64,000 nt of DNA from Oopsacas minuta. Its lineage: Eukaryota > Animalia > Porifera. The stretch lies in NCBI GenBank assembly GCA_024704765.1, contig JAKMXF010000111.1, positions 946,619 through 1,010,618 on the forward strand, read 5' to 3'. The notes under the pieces are model-generated. The model had not been told where the DNA came from and did no database searches. It saw only the letters and a list, made by a program, of their open reading frames with translations. Position numbers and translations under genes: made by a program. This document shows, in pieces, positions 1 to 12,800 of the stretch (position 1 is its first letter; each line of letters begins with the position of its first letter).

Positions 1-610
1 ATTGGAAATAATTCCTCTAATCAAGTTCGCGTATTAGCAATGCAAAATACAACTTCCTAATCATTCTGGAATTTATTACAAGGGCGTAGCCGCGTAGGAA
101 GCAAATTTTAAGTGATGGAGGTCAAAATATATCTCGTTATATAAATAATATGATATATATGCCCCCAAGAACTTTCGATAGCATAAACCCTCAAATACAT
201 GTACACATGATATCACCTAAAATAACGGATTTACCGGTACTAACAAATAACAAAACCCCTACACTTAAGGAAGTCTCTCTAAACTGATCTGAGGTCAAAG
301 TGGCTGGGCCATCTCCTCTGGTCCCACCTACTCCACCACTGAACTAGTCAATACTAGTTGGAAAATTGCTGTTCTAGAAATATATAATAATACGATTATT
401 CTTGCAAAAATGCATTCTACAGACTACGGTTCTACAACCATGGTATATTTACTGTCAGGCCTTATTATAAAGAACTTTATGATACACCACGTACTAATAT
501 ACATACAGTCAAAATATAGTTAAGAAATGTCTAGAGTGTTGTTAACGAAAAAGCTAAATAGTTTCCAATATTATATAGAAAACACTAAATGTACACTGGC
601 GTCTTCTTCA

Positions 611-1735
611 CTAGATACCCCGGCAAATGGATGGAAGGATAGGGATAGCAACGTTTGGTGATTCATAGTATCTAAAAAACAGCTGAAATAATATACTATT
701 ATTCATATGCATGAAGCTATCTATGAATGAATATTTAAATAATTAATATTACGTTGTTTCCTCCATAATCTCCACTCTTCTGAAAGAATCAAGCTTAAAC
801 TCGTCATGTCTGACTGGAAAACAACTATTCTTAGTTACTGTTCGTATTGATGTCCCTACAAAATACAGTACTTAGATAATTTTGTCCAAATGTAAATGAA
901 TTCTGTCCAATTATTCATCCTTTGATATTTGATCGAGATGCCTTGTATTTACATTAATGAACAAACATCAATAAATTACCTCTACTAGATTCCTTTCTGG
1001 CTAGTTTCAGATGCACTCCATCATTGTTCTGTGCATTCAGCCATCCTTCGGTTATATCCTCAACACAATAGTAATCCGATGGTATGCCAAACTTATGATA
1101 CTGCTCATCAGGGAACATTGAAAATTTATAACATCTATTATTAGTATCATTATTCCCAAAATCCTGATAAACATAGACTGTTCTAGCTTGTATCTAGATG
1201 AATATAATATTGTTAGTATGGAAAGAAAGTCAACAAGAAATAAGAAATATACCGATATTGTTTGACCTCCATCGACAAAAGTGTAAGGTCTATAAAATTG
1301 AAAAATAATGAAATGTGCCTCGGTAGGTGTTGGGCTGTTAGGAGTATATGTGTACTCTGTTACGCTATCAACGATCCTCATAGATGGGTCATCATGGCAA
1401 ATGTATCCTTCAAACCTTCTTGTTTTGATCGGTTCATGCTAAAACAATATATTTGTGTTGAATTATACATAACTACGTATGTAACTCGAAAGTTGAATTT
1501 CGAAATTACAAGAACAATAAAATAACATACCCGTACGATAAACATACAAATAGAACTTGCGGAAACATCTATAAGATATAGAAATTGTAAACAGTTTTGT
1601 TTAAGAGAATAATATCTAAAACATGAATTACTTACTACAAGCACACACGTATGGTTCAAATGATTCAGCTAGGTTAAGGGTATATTCCGCAGAAGCGTAT
1701 ATCACAAGCAATGAGAATAATAGTAATACTTTCAT
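611..1735 (-). CDS. Ependymin-related (EPDR-like) secreted protein, 6 exons, divergent paralog
   Basis: Exons reconstructed by hand: 1735-1636 (signal peptide MKVLLLFSLLVIYASA), 1568-1531, 1438-1253, 1193-980, 855-753, then a last exon. Intron phases 1,0,0,1,2 and the 38-nt exon 2 match the two paralogs at 4.2-8.5 kb. Motifs EGYICHDDPSMRIV, CYKF..FGIP and TVTKNSCFPV align with ependymin SYDGLNQRV, CSK..LDIP and YTVKDCYPV. The last-exon frame is ambiguous: stop at 611 (ending LPSICRGI) or at 520. Confidence 0.7.
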
Positions 1736-2638
1736 CTCTGTTCCTCAACTCAGCTAAAATAAAAACTTTTGAAGTTACTACACGTTTATATTTTGAATTT
1801 GATAAATATTAAATAAGAAAAGTTGTGCTATTTTAATAATTCATTGTTCAATAAGCTGACAGTATTACAAATAAATTAAGGTTAAGAAGCAGATAGAGTA
1901 AATGCAATAAGAGAATGAGCCTACCTGGTTAGAGAGAAATACAACCCGTGCTCTGTAACATCCCCACACTCATGGATAAGGTGAATTCAAGACATACTCA
2001 TGACTGGGTATTATATTTCCCGTCCAGCTAAAATCTATATCAATTTGAAGTAATTAAAGAAGTTCATTTTAGAATTGAACTCAGATCTTGTGATAGAATA
2101 AGTAATGCTACACAATAGACACCTCGACACGTGGAAACTATATCATCCTACCTCATAAAGTCACAAGTTTCCAATATCTAGAAAAATGCAACAAAAATCA
2201 AGCATCAAAATGTAATTAGCAGATTAAATGCTATGCGAGTTTATAAAACCTCAAATCACTGTCTGTGCCGAAATAAACTTTCCCAAATTATTATTGAAAC
2301 TATATTATTCTCCTAAATATCCATTTTAGAAAAGAAAGATAAAATTTAATTCTACTAATCTTGTCAACCATTTTAGAACTGAGGTGCTATGTAGTAAATA
2401 GTATTAGTCGGCACCGAAAAAAGAATTGAACTCATGACCCAATCCAAAAATTTACAGCATACACGCTTTGATCTATCATATCATAATACTATAATAAATG
2501 TTAAAAAAGTATTTTGATAGAGAACATAACTGCCAAAACTATTATACTTAAGCCCATTGTTAATGACCAAAAACATAAATTCATAAAATATGTATTTAAC
2601 AACATTACAACCAAATTATTCCTCTCTGACGATATTAA

Positions 2639-3697
2639 TTAAGATGAGCTAAATGCTTCATAGATGTTTTGCGAAAATGACAAAACTTCACGTTTGGTGA
2701 GCAGCTGGTGTAACAAGCCTTCTTGGTCAGCAACGAATAAAACTGGGAAACATTTAGAAATTGAAATAACCAATCTTGCAAATTGGACGGTCAGTTCTTC
2801 AGATTGACTCGAGATTTCTGGGCATTGAGCCGCGGTCCATCGCGAAATATATAGAAAGCATACCTTGATACAGTTGTTTAGTACATGTAAGAAATCTTGA
2901 TCTAAAATGTCCCTTGTTGAATCAAAGAGATAATTGAGTTCCTCATTGTCATCAGGATTTTCTGGGGGAAGAAACAATTCTTGCAATGAAATAGTTTCAA
3001 ATTCTTCTTCGTCTCCATTATTTCTCTTTCCTGTTTCAAGTGTGTTTTGAATTTCAATCAGAATTTCATCGAAGTTTTCAAAACTTATAGCCTGCCTAAG
3101 TGATACCCTACTCAACACACCCCTTACTACAGGCATTACAGCAGCCATTAACTTAACTGAACCCACTTCAATCAAATACTTGTCATATCCAATGTATTGT
3201 TTTTGTATTCTCTCTCTCTGAGATCTATCTACGTGTTCACTATTAGAACTAACAGTCTCTCCTTCGCACAGGAACATACTTCCGCCAATAATATTCAATT
3301 TGGTCCTGACGAGTAGTATTAAACCACACAAGAGATATGTACCAGCTATAACTCTGCTCAAGCTTGTAATTTTCAAGTTCTCCCATAGGGCAACCTTATC
3401 AGTTGAGTCGACTTCTTTTAATTGATTTACTAGATAATCAACATCTGCCATTTCTAGCAGTTTATCCCTCAGTGCGGTGGTGAGGCCAAATATCCTGTTG
3501 TCAGCAGTCTGCTGATTACTATGGAAATGTTGTACCTTGCGAGTGTAAACCATATTGGACTTCCCCATATTTTGAGACATGTCAATAAGTTGTTGCTTAA
3601 CATATTTGAATGCCAAATAGCTACTGAATCCTAGACCCCCGATGAGTAGGAGGGCAGTTATTTTCTTAGGGTGCTTCTTAATAATACTAAGTGGCAT
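2639..3697 (-). CDS. PEX3: Peroxisomal biogenesis factor 3, intronless
   Basis: 352-aa ORF with a basic N-terminus plus TM segment (KKHPKKITALLLIGG), HFHSNQQTAD (PEX3 HFESNQRTC) and WENLKITSLSR. Confidence 0.93.
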   Translation of the reverse strand: MPLSIIKKHPKKITALLLIGGLGFSSYLAFKYVKQQLIDMSQNMGKSNMVYTRKVQHFHSNQQTADNRIFGLTTALRDKLLEMADVDYLVNQLKEVDSTDKVALWENLKITSLSRVIAGTYLLCGLILLVRTKLNIIGGSMFLCEGETVSSNSEHVDRSQRERIQKQYIGYDKYLIEVGSVKLMAAVMPVVRGVLSRVSLRQAISFENFDEILIEIQNTLETGKRNNGDEEEFETISLQELFLPPENPDDNEELNYLFDSTRDILDQDFLHVLNNCIKVCFLYISRWTAAQCPEISSQSEELTVQFARLVISISKCFPVLFVADQEGLLHQLLTKREVLSFSQNIYEAFSSS

Positions 3698-4228
3698 ATT
3701 CTATTAATTAATAGTAACTATAAAATTGTATTAGCTGTTAGTTTTGATTCAATTTTATTTTATAACAATTATAAATTCCAAATTTCTAAAATCTATGTGG
3801 GCCGTAAAACGACATCCTTCTCTGTAATCGAAAAATGCTATGAAACGTTGATAACGGTATGAGAGTCTCAAAAGTTGGCCCCCATCGTGCCTTCTATGCC
3901 TCGCAGGTCTGGCGCCTATGATCACGACTTACGAGTATGATAAAATTGAATAAAATACATTTACATTGTAGATTATTATGGCGAGGGGTATTTGAGTATT
4001 AAATTAACTGAGTAGCATGATTATTGTGTCGTGACCTTTGATAACCAGATCATATTTCGGACATGAGGAGGAGTAATTGTATGCTCATGCATTTCTAAAT
4101 ACTAATAATCTCAAGGCAATCCAAAGAAATCTCAAATAGAAATACGCACATTAAGGTGAAGTATAGCATCGAATTTGTTGTAAATTTCATCTTTTTATAT
4201 TATTTTAGCAAACACCACACAATTCAAA

Positions 4229-6247
4229 ATGAATAAATGTTTAGTTATAGCGCTGCTTATCATTGGAACATGGTGCTTCACTAGAGTGGAATCCCAATGC
4301 AGAGGTAAGTAAATAATAAAAACTCTCGTCATAACGAAGTGCTCCTGGCCCAGGTTTCATTTAGTTATGAGCGGCGTAGTCAATTACTTTAAGGCTATAT
4401 GGGGGGAATTACAGTGGAGCCTGCATAAACCGACACATGTAAGGCCTCTATAATCCGACAGTGTTTCTTCTCTGAAATAGCTTCCGACAATACAAATTCA
4501 CCTGTATAATCCGACACAATTTTCATATCCCAATGAGTGTAGGTTTATGCTGGTTCCACTACTTCGTTATAACGAGTTTCCATATATCCGAATTGGTTAA
4601 CGGGAGTTTACCATATTTCAATCGAGTTTGGATAATAAGCATATCTCCAATTTATAAGAAGTGCGAATATCTATGGCCCCGCAGTGATACGTATATCAAA
4701 TGAGTATTTTGTATAATTCAGAAAGCTTAAAATTATTATCTTGTATATAGAACAAGTAGTAAGTCAATTCGGAGCAGTCTATACCAGGGTAAGTTCTATA
4801 GAATATATTAATCAGTAAAAATAATGGAATAATGATATCATTTCATTACTAGAATAATGTGTATAATATCTAGAAGATATAACCTGAATATTATTCATTA
4901 TAAATTTTACGTAGGCGGTACGGATAGGAGAAGACGATTATGAAGATTTTGATAATGGAACATTGGTTTATGATGGAATAGGCCACCGCGTACACATAAC
5001 AACAAGTGACTATTCTATGACTAGGAGACTAAAGGAGGAGTTTATATGCGCCGATAGTGAGATGGGGGTAAGTGTACGTATGTAATATATATAAGGTATA
5101 CAGGTAAAACCTCTAAAAGTAGCACCTCTGAAATACGACAACATCCGAGATACGACACAAAACCATTCTCCTGATAGACCTTCATATTATCAATTTGCTA
5201 CAAGTAAATGGGGACAACCTCCGAAATGCGACAACCTCTTAAGATCCGACACAAGCGCTGCTCCCAAATGTGCCGCATTTCGGAGGTTTACCTTTAAACC
5301 TGAGATTTGTGAATGATATAAATAACATGATCCGCTACTGACAGCGCTGGCGTGCAGGTCAGCAGAATGTCTTGGGTTTGTAACCCCATACCCTTCCCTC
5401 CCTATATCCACCCCTACTGAATTAGCAATTAGTAACTTTATCAAGCATTCTCCTATAGTACAAGAGTGTCGCAGTTTTACTAGATGGAACATGTAAAGTG
5501 AGAAAAGGCTATTTCTTCGAATTAGAAGTTCCCAAGGTTGACGAATTCAAGGGAGAAGTTGTTATTGGGGGAGGAAGTGAGATTATGGAAGAAAGCATTT
5601 ACTTTGGCTATGGTAATGGGTTTAAGTACACATTTCTAATCAAATACAATTACAAATACAAATACAGTATAACCCGAATAAAGACGTACTCGGCTTAATA
5701 CGAACTAGTACTTTCGGTTAGTTTGTACTTTCTAAACGGATTATAAATTCTCAGAAAATAAGAGAATTATCATTATATACGTTTTATTCCTAAATTACCT
5801 AGTCCAACTACTACAATGATAAATATTTCGAAAAATTGTCCAGAGTTAAGATTTTCTATTAAATATCTGACAAATTAAAATAGGCCCCCCTATACCACTC
5901 CTAATATAGCCAACAATTAAGTAAAAACTAACTGCCAAGCATATAATTATTAATATATCAAATATTATGAATTTACAATATTTTTAGACCAAAGAGAAAG
6001 AAACGAATTCATTCTGACAACAATGAAATGTGGACCTGTAAAAATCGTTGTATCACTCGCTGATAGGAATTTTCACATGGAATATTCGTAAGTTCAAATA
6101 AATTGAAGCAACAAGCAAATAATTATATCAATACCTATTTTAAAATTTTATAGATTCTACGATCTTACAGCATCAATTCCCGTAGACGCATTTGTAATTA
6201 AATGTAATGGACAACAAAATATGGAATGTGGAGCCTCTTTCTTCTAA
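4229..6247 (+). CDS. Ependymin-related secreted protein, paralog A (6 exons)
   Basis: Exons 4229-4304, 4751-4788, 4915-5067, 5459-5612, 5988-6087 and 6154-6247 splice in frame with GT-AG boundaries. Signal peptide present; LVYDGIGHRV, GTCKVRK, EVPKVDEFKGEVVIGGG, TTMKCGPV and FYDLTASIPVDAFVIKC follow the EPDR pattern. Confidence 0.8.
4410..4560. mobile_element. Tc1/mariner-type MITE in intron 1 of EPDR-A
   Basis: TIR TACAGTGGAGCCTGCATAAACC ... GGTTTATGCTGGTTCCACT. Positions 4511-4560 match 61860-61909 at 47 of 50 nt. Confidence 0.75.
5099..5296. mobile_element. pogo/Tigger-like MITE in an EPDR-A intron
   Basis: Imperfect TIR TACAGGTAAAACCTC ... GAGGTTTACCTTTA, with internal repeated CGACA motifs. 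Confidence 0.6.
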
Positions 6248-6639
6248 CTGAACGACAAAGTAGCATATCGTATCCGAGTATTTAGAGAGATTATTCTTTT
6301 GGATAGTAATAGTGTTCAGTGTGTCATATTTCCTACGTAGACTGTGTATGAATAGTTTGTTATAAATTATACATAATTATCAGAAATCTAACTAACTATA
6401 GTATGTGTATACGCATATGATTGAGGGGGTTCTTCCGGTATTTTGCAGTTTTAAGTGGGACACATTACATGCGTGACGTTTTACTATGCAGACTATACTC
6501 AGTATACTGTAGTATAAATTGGAGGCAAGTGGGGTTCAAATACCGTGTAAGTATGTCTACACCAACAAAAGAAATTTATATAGAACAAATATTGCTCAAA
6601 TCTCATAAATTATAGCCAAAGAACAAAGTTTAATTCAAA

Positions 6640-8464
6640 ATGAAGAATAGTTTAGTTATAGCAATAATTCTCATTGGAACATGCTGTATCGCTAAAGTTG
6701 ATTCTCTATGCAAAGGTAAACTAAGAACATTTCATTCTGTTAATTTCCTTGATTTACGTATAATACAGGGGAGGAAGCAAGACAGTTTGAGGCAGTGTAT
6801 CAGAGGGTAAGTCCTGGTAGAAAATAACCAAATATTAGCTTAAAAGAAGAGAAAGTATAGCTGCGTATATAGTGATTAGGCGATAATTATAATATAAGGC
6901 TGTAGCTACAGTGCTGGAAACGTCATCAAATCCTCTTAAAGTGGGAACGGAAATGTACAAATTCTCAATTCAGCAACCTCAAAATGACGTAGAACCACAT
7001 GCCTATATCCAATGGGTATTGAGCCCTGCTACCAACACTTAAGAAATTTGTGTACCACTTCCGGCACCCTAGCTATAGCTTCTTAATAAAAAAACCCAGT
7101 TTTTTAATTTCTATATACTATGCTCAGATGATGCGAGTAGGAGAAGACAACTATGAAGAGTTTGATGAAGGAAATATTGCCTATGATGGAATTGGTTATC
7201 GAATTGCTGTAACAACAAATCCAGGATCTATGACAAGGAAACTATTACAGGAGTTTATATGCAGAGATGATTTAATGGACACAGAAGTAAGTCAATACAA
7301 AATGTTCTAGCCAGGAAGCATGTTAGCTTCAAATAAACGTTGTCTACCTGTAGTTCAAGAGTGTTGCAGTTTTACTGGATGGTACATGCAAAATTCGCAA
7401 AGGCTATTTCTTCAATCTAGATATCCCAGATCAAGATGATTTCAAAGAAGATGTAATAATTGGGGGAGGAAATGAGACAATGAGCGAAAGCATTTATACA
7501 GGCAGAAGTAAATTGCATTTTCAATTAACGTAATGAATAATTGACTCAATTGCTTCTATAGGTAACACATATAGGCACGAATTCATTGTTACAACAGAGA
7601 AATGTGGACCATTAGAGATAGTGTATGCGGATGTAGATGGAGACGTCCATCTTAGATGGAAGTAAGCGTATATAACTATCCGTTCAATGTATCTTATATA
7701 TTAATTTGTCGATGTATTTATGTCCGGAATTGATTGGGGAACTGATAAGAGCTAGAAAATTCATTTAGCAAATGTGTGGAAGATGTTCTAAAATCTAAGC
7801 GATATCTCCAAAACTCTCTGAGATAGGTGTCAAATGTATTGACCTATCAGATTTGATGGCTTACCAATTGCGGTAATAATACCCTATCATATGTTAGGCT
7901 CTAAAGAGGTCAAAATGGCGAAAAATAGCCAAGGTAAACGTGAAATACAGGTATATATTAACCTCTTTCACAAAGGTTTACATAACTTCATAAAGTAGAA
8001 TGAGTGAGATTAATGAGTTCTATAGAACCTCTACCCTGAGTCGTTTTAATGCTTTACATGTACTGGATATATTCTATATCTATACTATGTATAATAGGGT
8101 TGTTCAAAGGTTACGTAACGCTACAAGAGGAGGGGGTGGTATGCGAAGTGTGACAGCCCCATTCTTTTGTAATACAAAAGGGTGAAAAAGCGTGACAGAG
8201 GGAGGGGTTATCAAAATTTATGGAATTCGCGTTACATAACGTTTGAACGGCCCCATATATCAATAAGAATAGAAGAGCACCTCGCGTATACGTAGTGTTC
8301 GCGAGCCGCGCAGCCCAAGAAAGCGAAACTTGCTTGTTTAATTAATTAAGTGTTTCAAATGATTCCATGTTTCTAGCTTCTACAATCTAACAAGTAACTT
8401 CCCTGTAGATGCATTCGTAATAAAATGTGCAGGACAGCCAGATGAAGAATGTAGAGTTTACTAA
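6640..8464 (+). CDS. Ependymin-related secreted protein, paralog B (6 exons)
   Basis: Exons 6640-6715, 6769-6806, 7128-7286, 7354-7507, 7562-7661 and 8377-8464 have the same phases and nearly the same sizes as paralog A. Motifs IAYDGIGYRIAV, LDIPDQDDFKEDVIIGGG, VTTEKCGPL and FYNLTSNFPVDAFVIKC. Confidence 0.8.
8097..8253. mobile_element. MITE (PIF/Harbinger-like TIR) in the last intron of EPDR-B
   Basis: TIR GGGTTGTTCAAAGGTTACGTAACGC pairs with GCGTTACATAACGTTTGAACGGCCC, with few mismatches. Confidence 0.65.
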
Positions 8465-8885
8465 CCAGATGATACAAGATAAATAATATTCTCAGAAAAT
8501 TGTTTAGTACTTATAAGCTGTATTGTGACGACTGAAGAATATTAAATGAAGTAGTATTCAAGTAGTTTAATGTTGAGCTTTATTATTGAAAATACATAGT
8601 TGGGTCATTTGATAGGAGTATACATAATATCAACTAGTCATGTGTTCAGAGACAATGTGAACATTCATATATACAATTTCGAAATTCGATAAACGTACTA
8701 GTTATAGATTAGAGAAAGCACTCACCCTCACTCTCCCACACAACCACTTACAATACATGTAAGCAGAGCGCAAATAATATGCCTAGTATATAGTACTCAA
8801 ATATACCAAAATATGTAACAAATAAGAGCATCTAAATATATAATTACAATACTGTAATGAGCAATTGTCTTTGCCAATACAAATC

Positions 8886-9356
8886 CTAAATCTCCTTGCC
8901 TTGAGAAACCAAGAACTCTTTATAGTCGATGTAGCCATCTTCATTTTTATCATCATCCATCAATATAGCATCCACTATACTGGCAATAGAAGTATCACTC
9001 ATAGTTTCGTCAGAGGTAGATCCTTCATGATGCAGCATAGCTTTTGCAAGTTCAGAACCATCTAACTTGTGGTTGAGATCAAGATCGTGGACTTTGAAAT
9101 AGTGGAAATATACTTTCTCGTCTTCCGCTAGATCATCCTCTTGGATATCTATGAAGTCACGAGCATGTTCCAGGATGTGTCTAACAGGAATAGCAGTAAA
9201 ATAATGTATTGTTTGAAATCTATAAATTTCCCCTACTTACTCTTTGTCTTGAATCTGTTCAGGTTTATGAAAGAAATTTTCTTGATGCAAGTAGACAGGT
9301 AGACAAGATATAGATATGAGCAGTAATAGAGATAATATCGAAAGAAATCTAGGCAT
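8886..9356 (-). CDS. MCFD2: Multiple coagulation factor deficiency protein 2 (EF-hand cargo receptor), 2 exons
   Basis: Exons 9356-9241 (signal peptide MPRFLSILSLLLL...IQDKE) and 9180-8886 (HILEH...FHYFKVHDLDLNHKLDGSEL...DDDKNEDGYIDYKEF). Absent from the supplied ORF track. Confidence 0.92.
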
Positions 9357-9863
9357 TCTTCGGAGAATGATTCACAATCTGTACGTATTATAAAATTGCC
9401 AATTAAATATGAGTAATTATAACCAAATAAATTGACTACAGTCAACTCTTGAATGATTTATGCAAACTAGTGTTCCGCAACTTGGGGTCCGTGGGTGAAA
9501 AAGGGTTGCAGACCATGGTCCGCTGATCTAAATCACTGAAATTTATACATAATGTCTGGGGTAACTTTTGGTACAAATTTTCAGGACCATGATCTGCATA
9601 CTGCACTACTTTAGCTGCTCTTACCACCCCTGTATACCAGAAAATTTAATACATCGAAGCCTTATATGGAAAATAATATTTAAGTTCGATTTAATTGAGA
9701 GTTGACTAATAAATTAGAATTAACTATCTCGCGTAAAAATAAAACTATGATAAGCTAACTCAATAGGAGGCACTTGTGACACTTTAACAGAGACCTAGCA
9801 TATTCGATTGAATCTTTGTAAATATATACCTAAAATGTAACTGTCTCAGATATCTCATAGGCA

Positions 9864-12800
9864 ATGATAATAAAAGAGTACAGAATACTCATGCCCTTGA
9901 GGGTTGAAGAATTCCGTATTGGATTGTTATATATGCTCCTAAAGAAAAGTCGTAACGAGTCACAAGGAGATGGTAACGGAATAGAAATCCTCAAGAATGA
10001 ACCCTACAGTGGAGAGGAGGGTACAGGACAGTATACACAAAAAATCCTACATGTAGGTAGTCATATGCCAAAGTGGTTCAGGGATTTAGCTCCCGAAGAT
10101 GCATTCAAATTACAAGAAGAATCATGGAATCTGTATCCGTATGTAAACACAATTTCTACGTCTCCATTCTCAGACAAATATAGGATAGAACTGAAGAGCA
10201 GGTTCATTCAAGACAGAGGAAATACTGAGAACGTTTTTAACTTATCTCCTACTGAACTGAAGTCACGACAAGTAGTGTATATAGATATTACAAATACAGC
10301 TGGAGAAGATATTAAACCGGATGAAGATCCAAGTGTGTTCAGATCTCAGAAGACAGGGAGAGGACCACTCACACAAAATTGGATGAATAAACTTGATGTT
10401 CCTGTTATGTGTTGCTACAAACTGGCAAAGGTAAGCTTATGCCCCCACCAAGCTAAGATAGTTTATGGATACGTATATGTGTAGGTAGAATTCAGGTACT
10501 GGGGGCTTCAAAGCAGGGTGGAGCGACTTATCCACGAAATGGCAATACAGAAAACATTCGCATTAGTACACAGACAGATCTGGTGCTGGCAGGACGAGTG
10601 GATAGACCTCAATCTCTCTGACATCAGACGGCTGGAAGAAGAGACAGCTAACTTCCTAAAGAAGCTAATGAGCGGAGAATTAGACACAATTCCTGTCATA
10701 AACATACAATCAACTAATGGAGTAATTGGAGAAAGTGGAGATGCAAGCCCTGCTATACTTGCGTCATCTGAGACAGTAAGTAATATCTTATACATAGGGT
10801 TTTAACCTATAAAATTAATTACTTATCTAATTTAGAGATCTAAAGGCCATCCCTCAATACGTAGTATACCCCAGTCATATTTCCTGGAAAGTCTCCACGA
10901 GTCTGATGATGAGTTCTATGATGCAGTAGATCTCAGGGAACCATTTGATGACGTAGAACCAGAGAGTTCTCGGTTACATCCCCACGGAGCAGGGGAATAC
11001 ACATTCCAATCTTCCTTTGATAATTCTGATGAAGATGCTAGTCAGCCACAAGAGGAATGGTAATTTCTCGAATTGATAATTGACACTGAAACAATACTCT
11101 AATTTGCTCTGTTTGTAGGGATAGGAGATCATCAGTATACTGGGAACCAAACGTTGATTATTCTGAGCTTGTATTCCACTCAGAGGAACCTTCAGCACCA
11201 CAGCGGGGGTACACCTGTCTATTGCTTGTGGTACACGGAGGCAGCTACCTAGACACGGGAGCAGATATTAACGTCAAACAGTACGACTTCCAAATATTCA
11301 GCTCTAAGCTGGATGAGCTCAGACAAAAACATTTTTATCAGACACAAAATAAAATGGTAACAAAATTGATACCCTGTCCTTTTATCTGTACCAGAGCTCT
11401 TGCTTGTCTCGGGGTACTAAAATCATGTCCTGAACTCTCCCAGAACTCTCTGGGGAGTGGACTTAGCTTCCGATCAGCTCTAAACACAACTACAGTAGAA
11501 GATAAACTGACTAACTTTGCTCTAGGAGCAATACCTCTATTAGTCCGTAATGATAAGAGGTATGTATATGTTATTTATATTTTGATACAATATTTCTATA
11601 ATTTATAAGAGTAGGTATGTTGAGCACTTGGCTAATGTTATCAACACACTGAATAGCACTTACGAAGAATTCATTTCTACAACAGAGGATTTTAGTGGAC
11701 AGATATCCATAGTATCAGACTGTATGGGTTCTCTAATGACTTATGACATTCTCACTCGATTCTCCAATGACTCACCTCTCCTAAAGTTCAATCCTCATCA
11801 GCTGTTTATGCTAGGTTCTCCTGTTGGTATGATTCTTACACAAGATAAGCTAATGGGCACAGGAGAGGTTCAAATAGCTGGACCAAATTGTGAACACGTA
11901 TACAACATATACTATGAAAGAGATCCTCTCTCCTTCAGGATAGAGCCACTCCTAGACTTACGGACCAGATTTCTAGCTCCAGTTAGGATTCACAGATATA
12001 GCAAGTGAGTTAAATACAAAATTAAAATACTTACAATTTTTATTAGATATTTCCAGGCACTTTTGAAAAATACCCTGCATTTCAAAGTTAAGAAATTTAT
12101 TTAATTATTTTCATAGGCTACCGTTGGGTGACGGGTCCAGTCTGATACTACAGGATTACCTGAGAGAAGAGACAGGAGAAAGACTAGATGAAAGGGCGTT
12201 ATCTATCATGGACACTATCAATACAGGAGTGGAGGGAGGTAACCCATTAGACAGGGTTAACAGAGTACTCAGTGTGAGTAGTTGTGCTCAAGTAATGGCT
12301 AGATGGTGGGGGACAGGGAGAATAGATTTCTCAGTACAGTCTCCTAATGCTGTTGGTATGTTATATCTTACTTAAGTGTAATTATTTATACTTGATGAGT
12401 GTATTTTAGGAATAGAGTTGTTTCAGAACTTTACAGCTGCTCGTATCCTCTACTCACGCTATTGGGAAGCTAATGAAATACTATCATTCATACTCAGATC
12501 GTGTCTCTCCTACACAGAGAATGTACACCCCCCTCTAGCTAGTACTCATAATCCTAACTCTATGTTCGTGTCTACTTCAGGTGATAAACCAGAGTTCACT
12601 AGGTTCAGGTCTAACAGTTCAGATAGTACAGGCTCTAAGGTTGTACAAAGAAAGAGAAATCATCTTAAGTCATTCACTATGGCTAAGAACTTCCGAGGAA
12701 TTGACCTGATTATTAGAGAAGGTCAGACACAGGTTATACAAGGAAAATTTTTATTTGGTAAGCTAGATATAGCTTCTCTTTCAAGAGAACAAGTAGAGTT

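Noticed and set aside
1925-2027. Exon-like segment (TTAG..CAG|GTAGG) with an in-frame TGA (SPYP*VWGC), considered as a selenoprotein exon
   Set aside because: The downstream EPDR gene already has its own signal-peptide start at 1735, there is no resemblance to selenoprotein motifs, and I saw no SECIS. It is more likely a 5'-UTR exon or chance, and if it is a UTR exon it counts against trans-splicing for that gene.
6839-7015. Possible in-frame 42-codon cassette (exons 6839-6854 and 6906-7015) in EPDR-B intron 2
   Set aside because: It requires a 32-nt intron, shorter than the others I measured here; direct splicing of 6806 to 7128 already matches paralog A.
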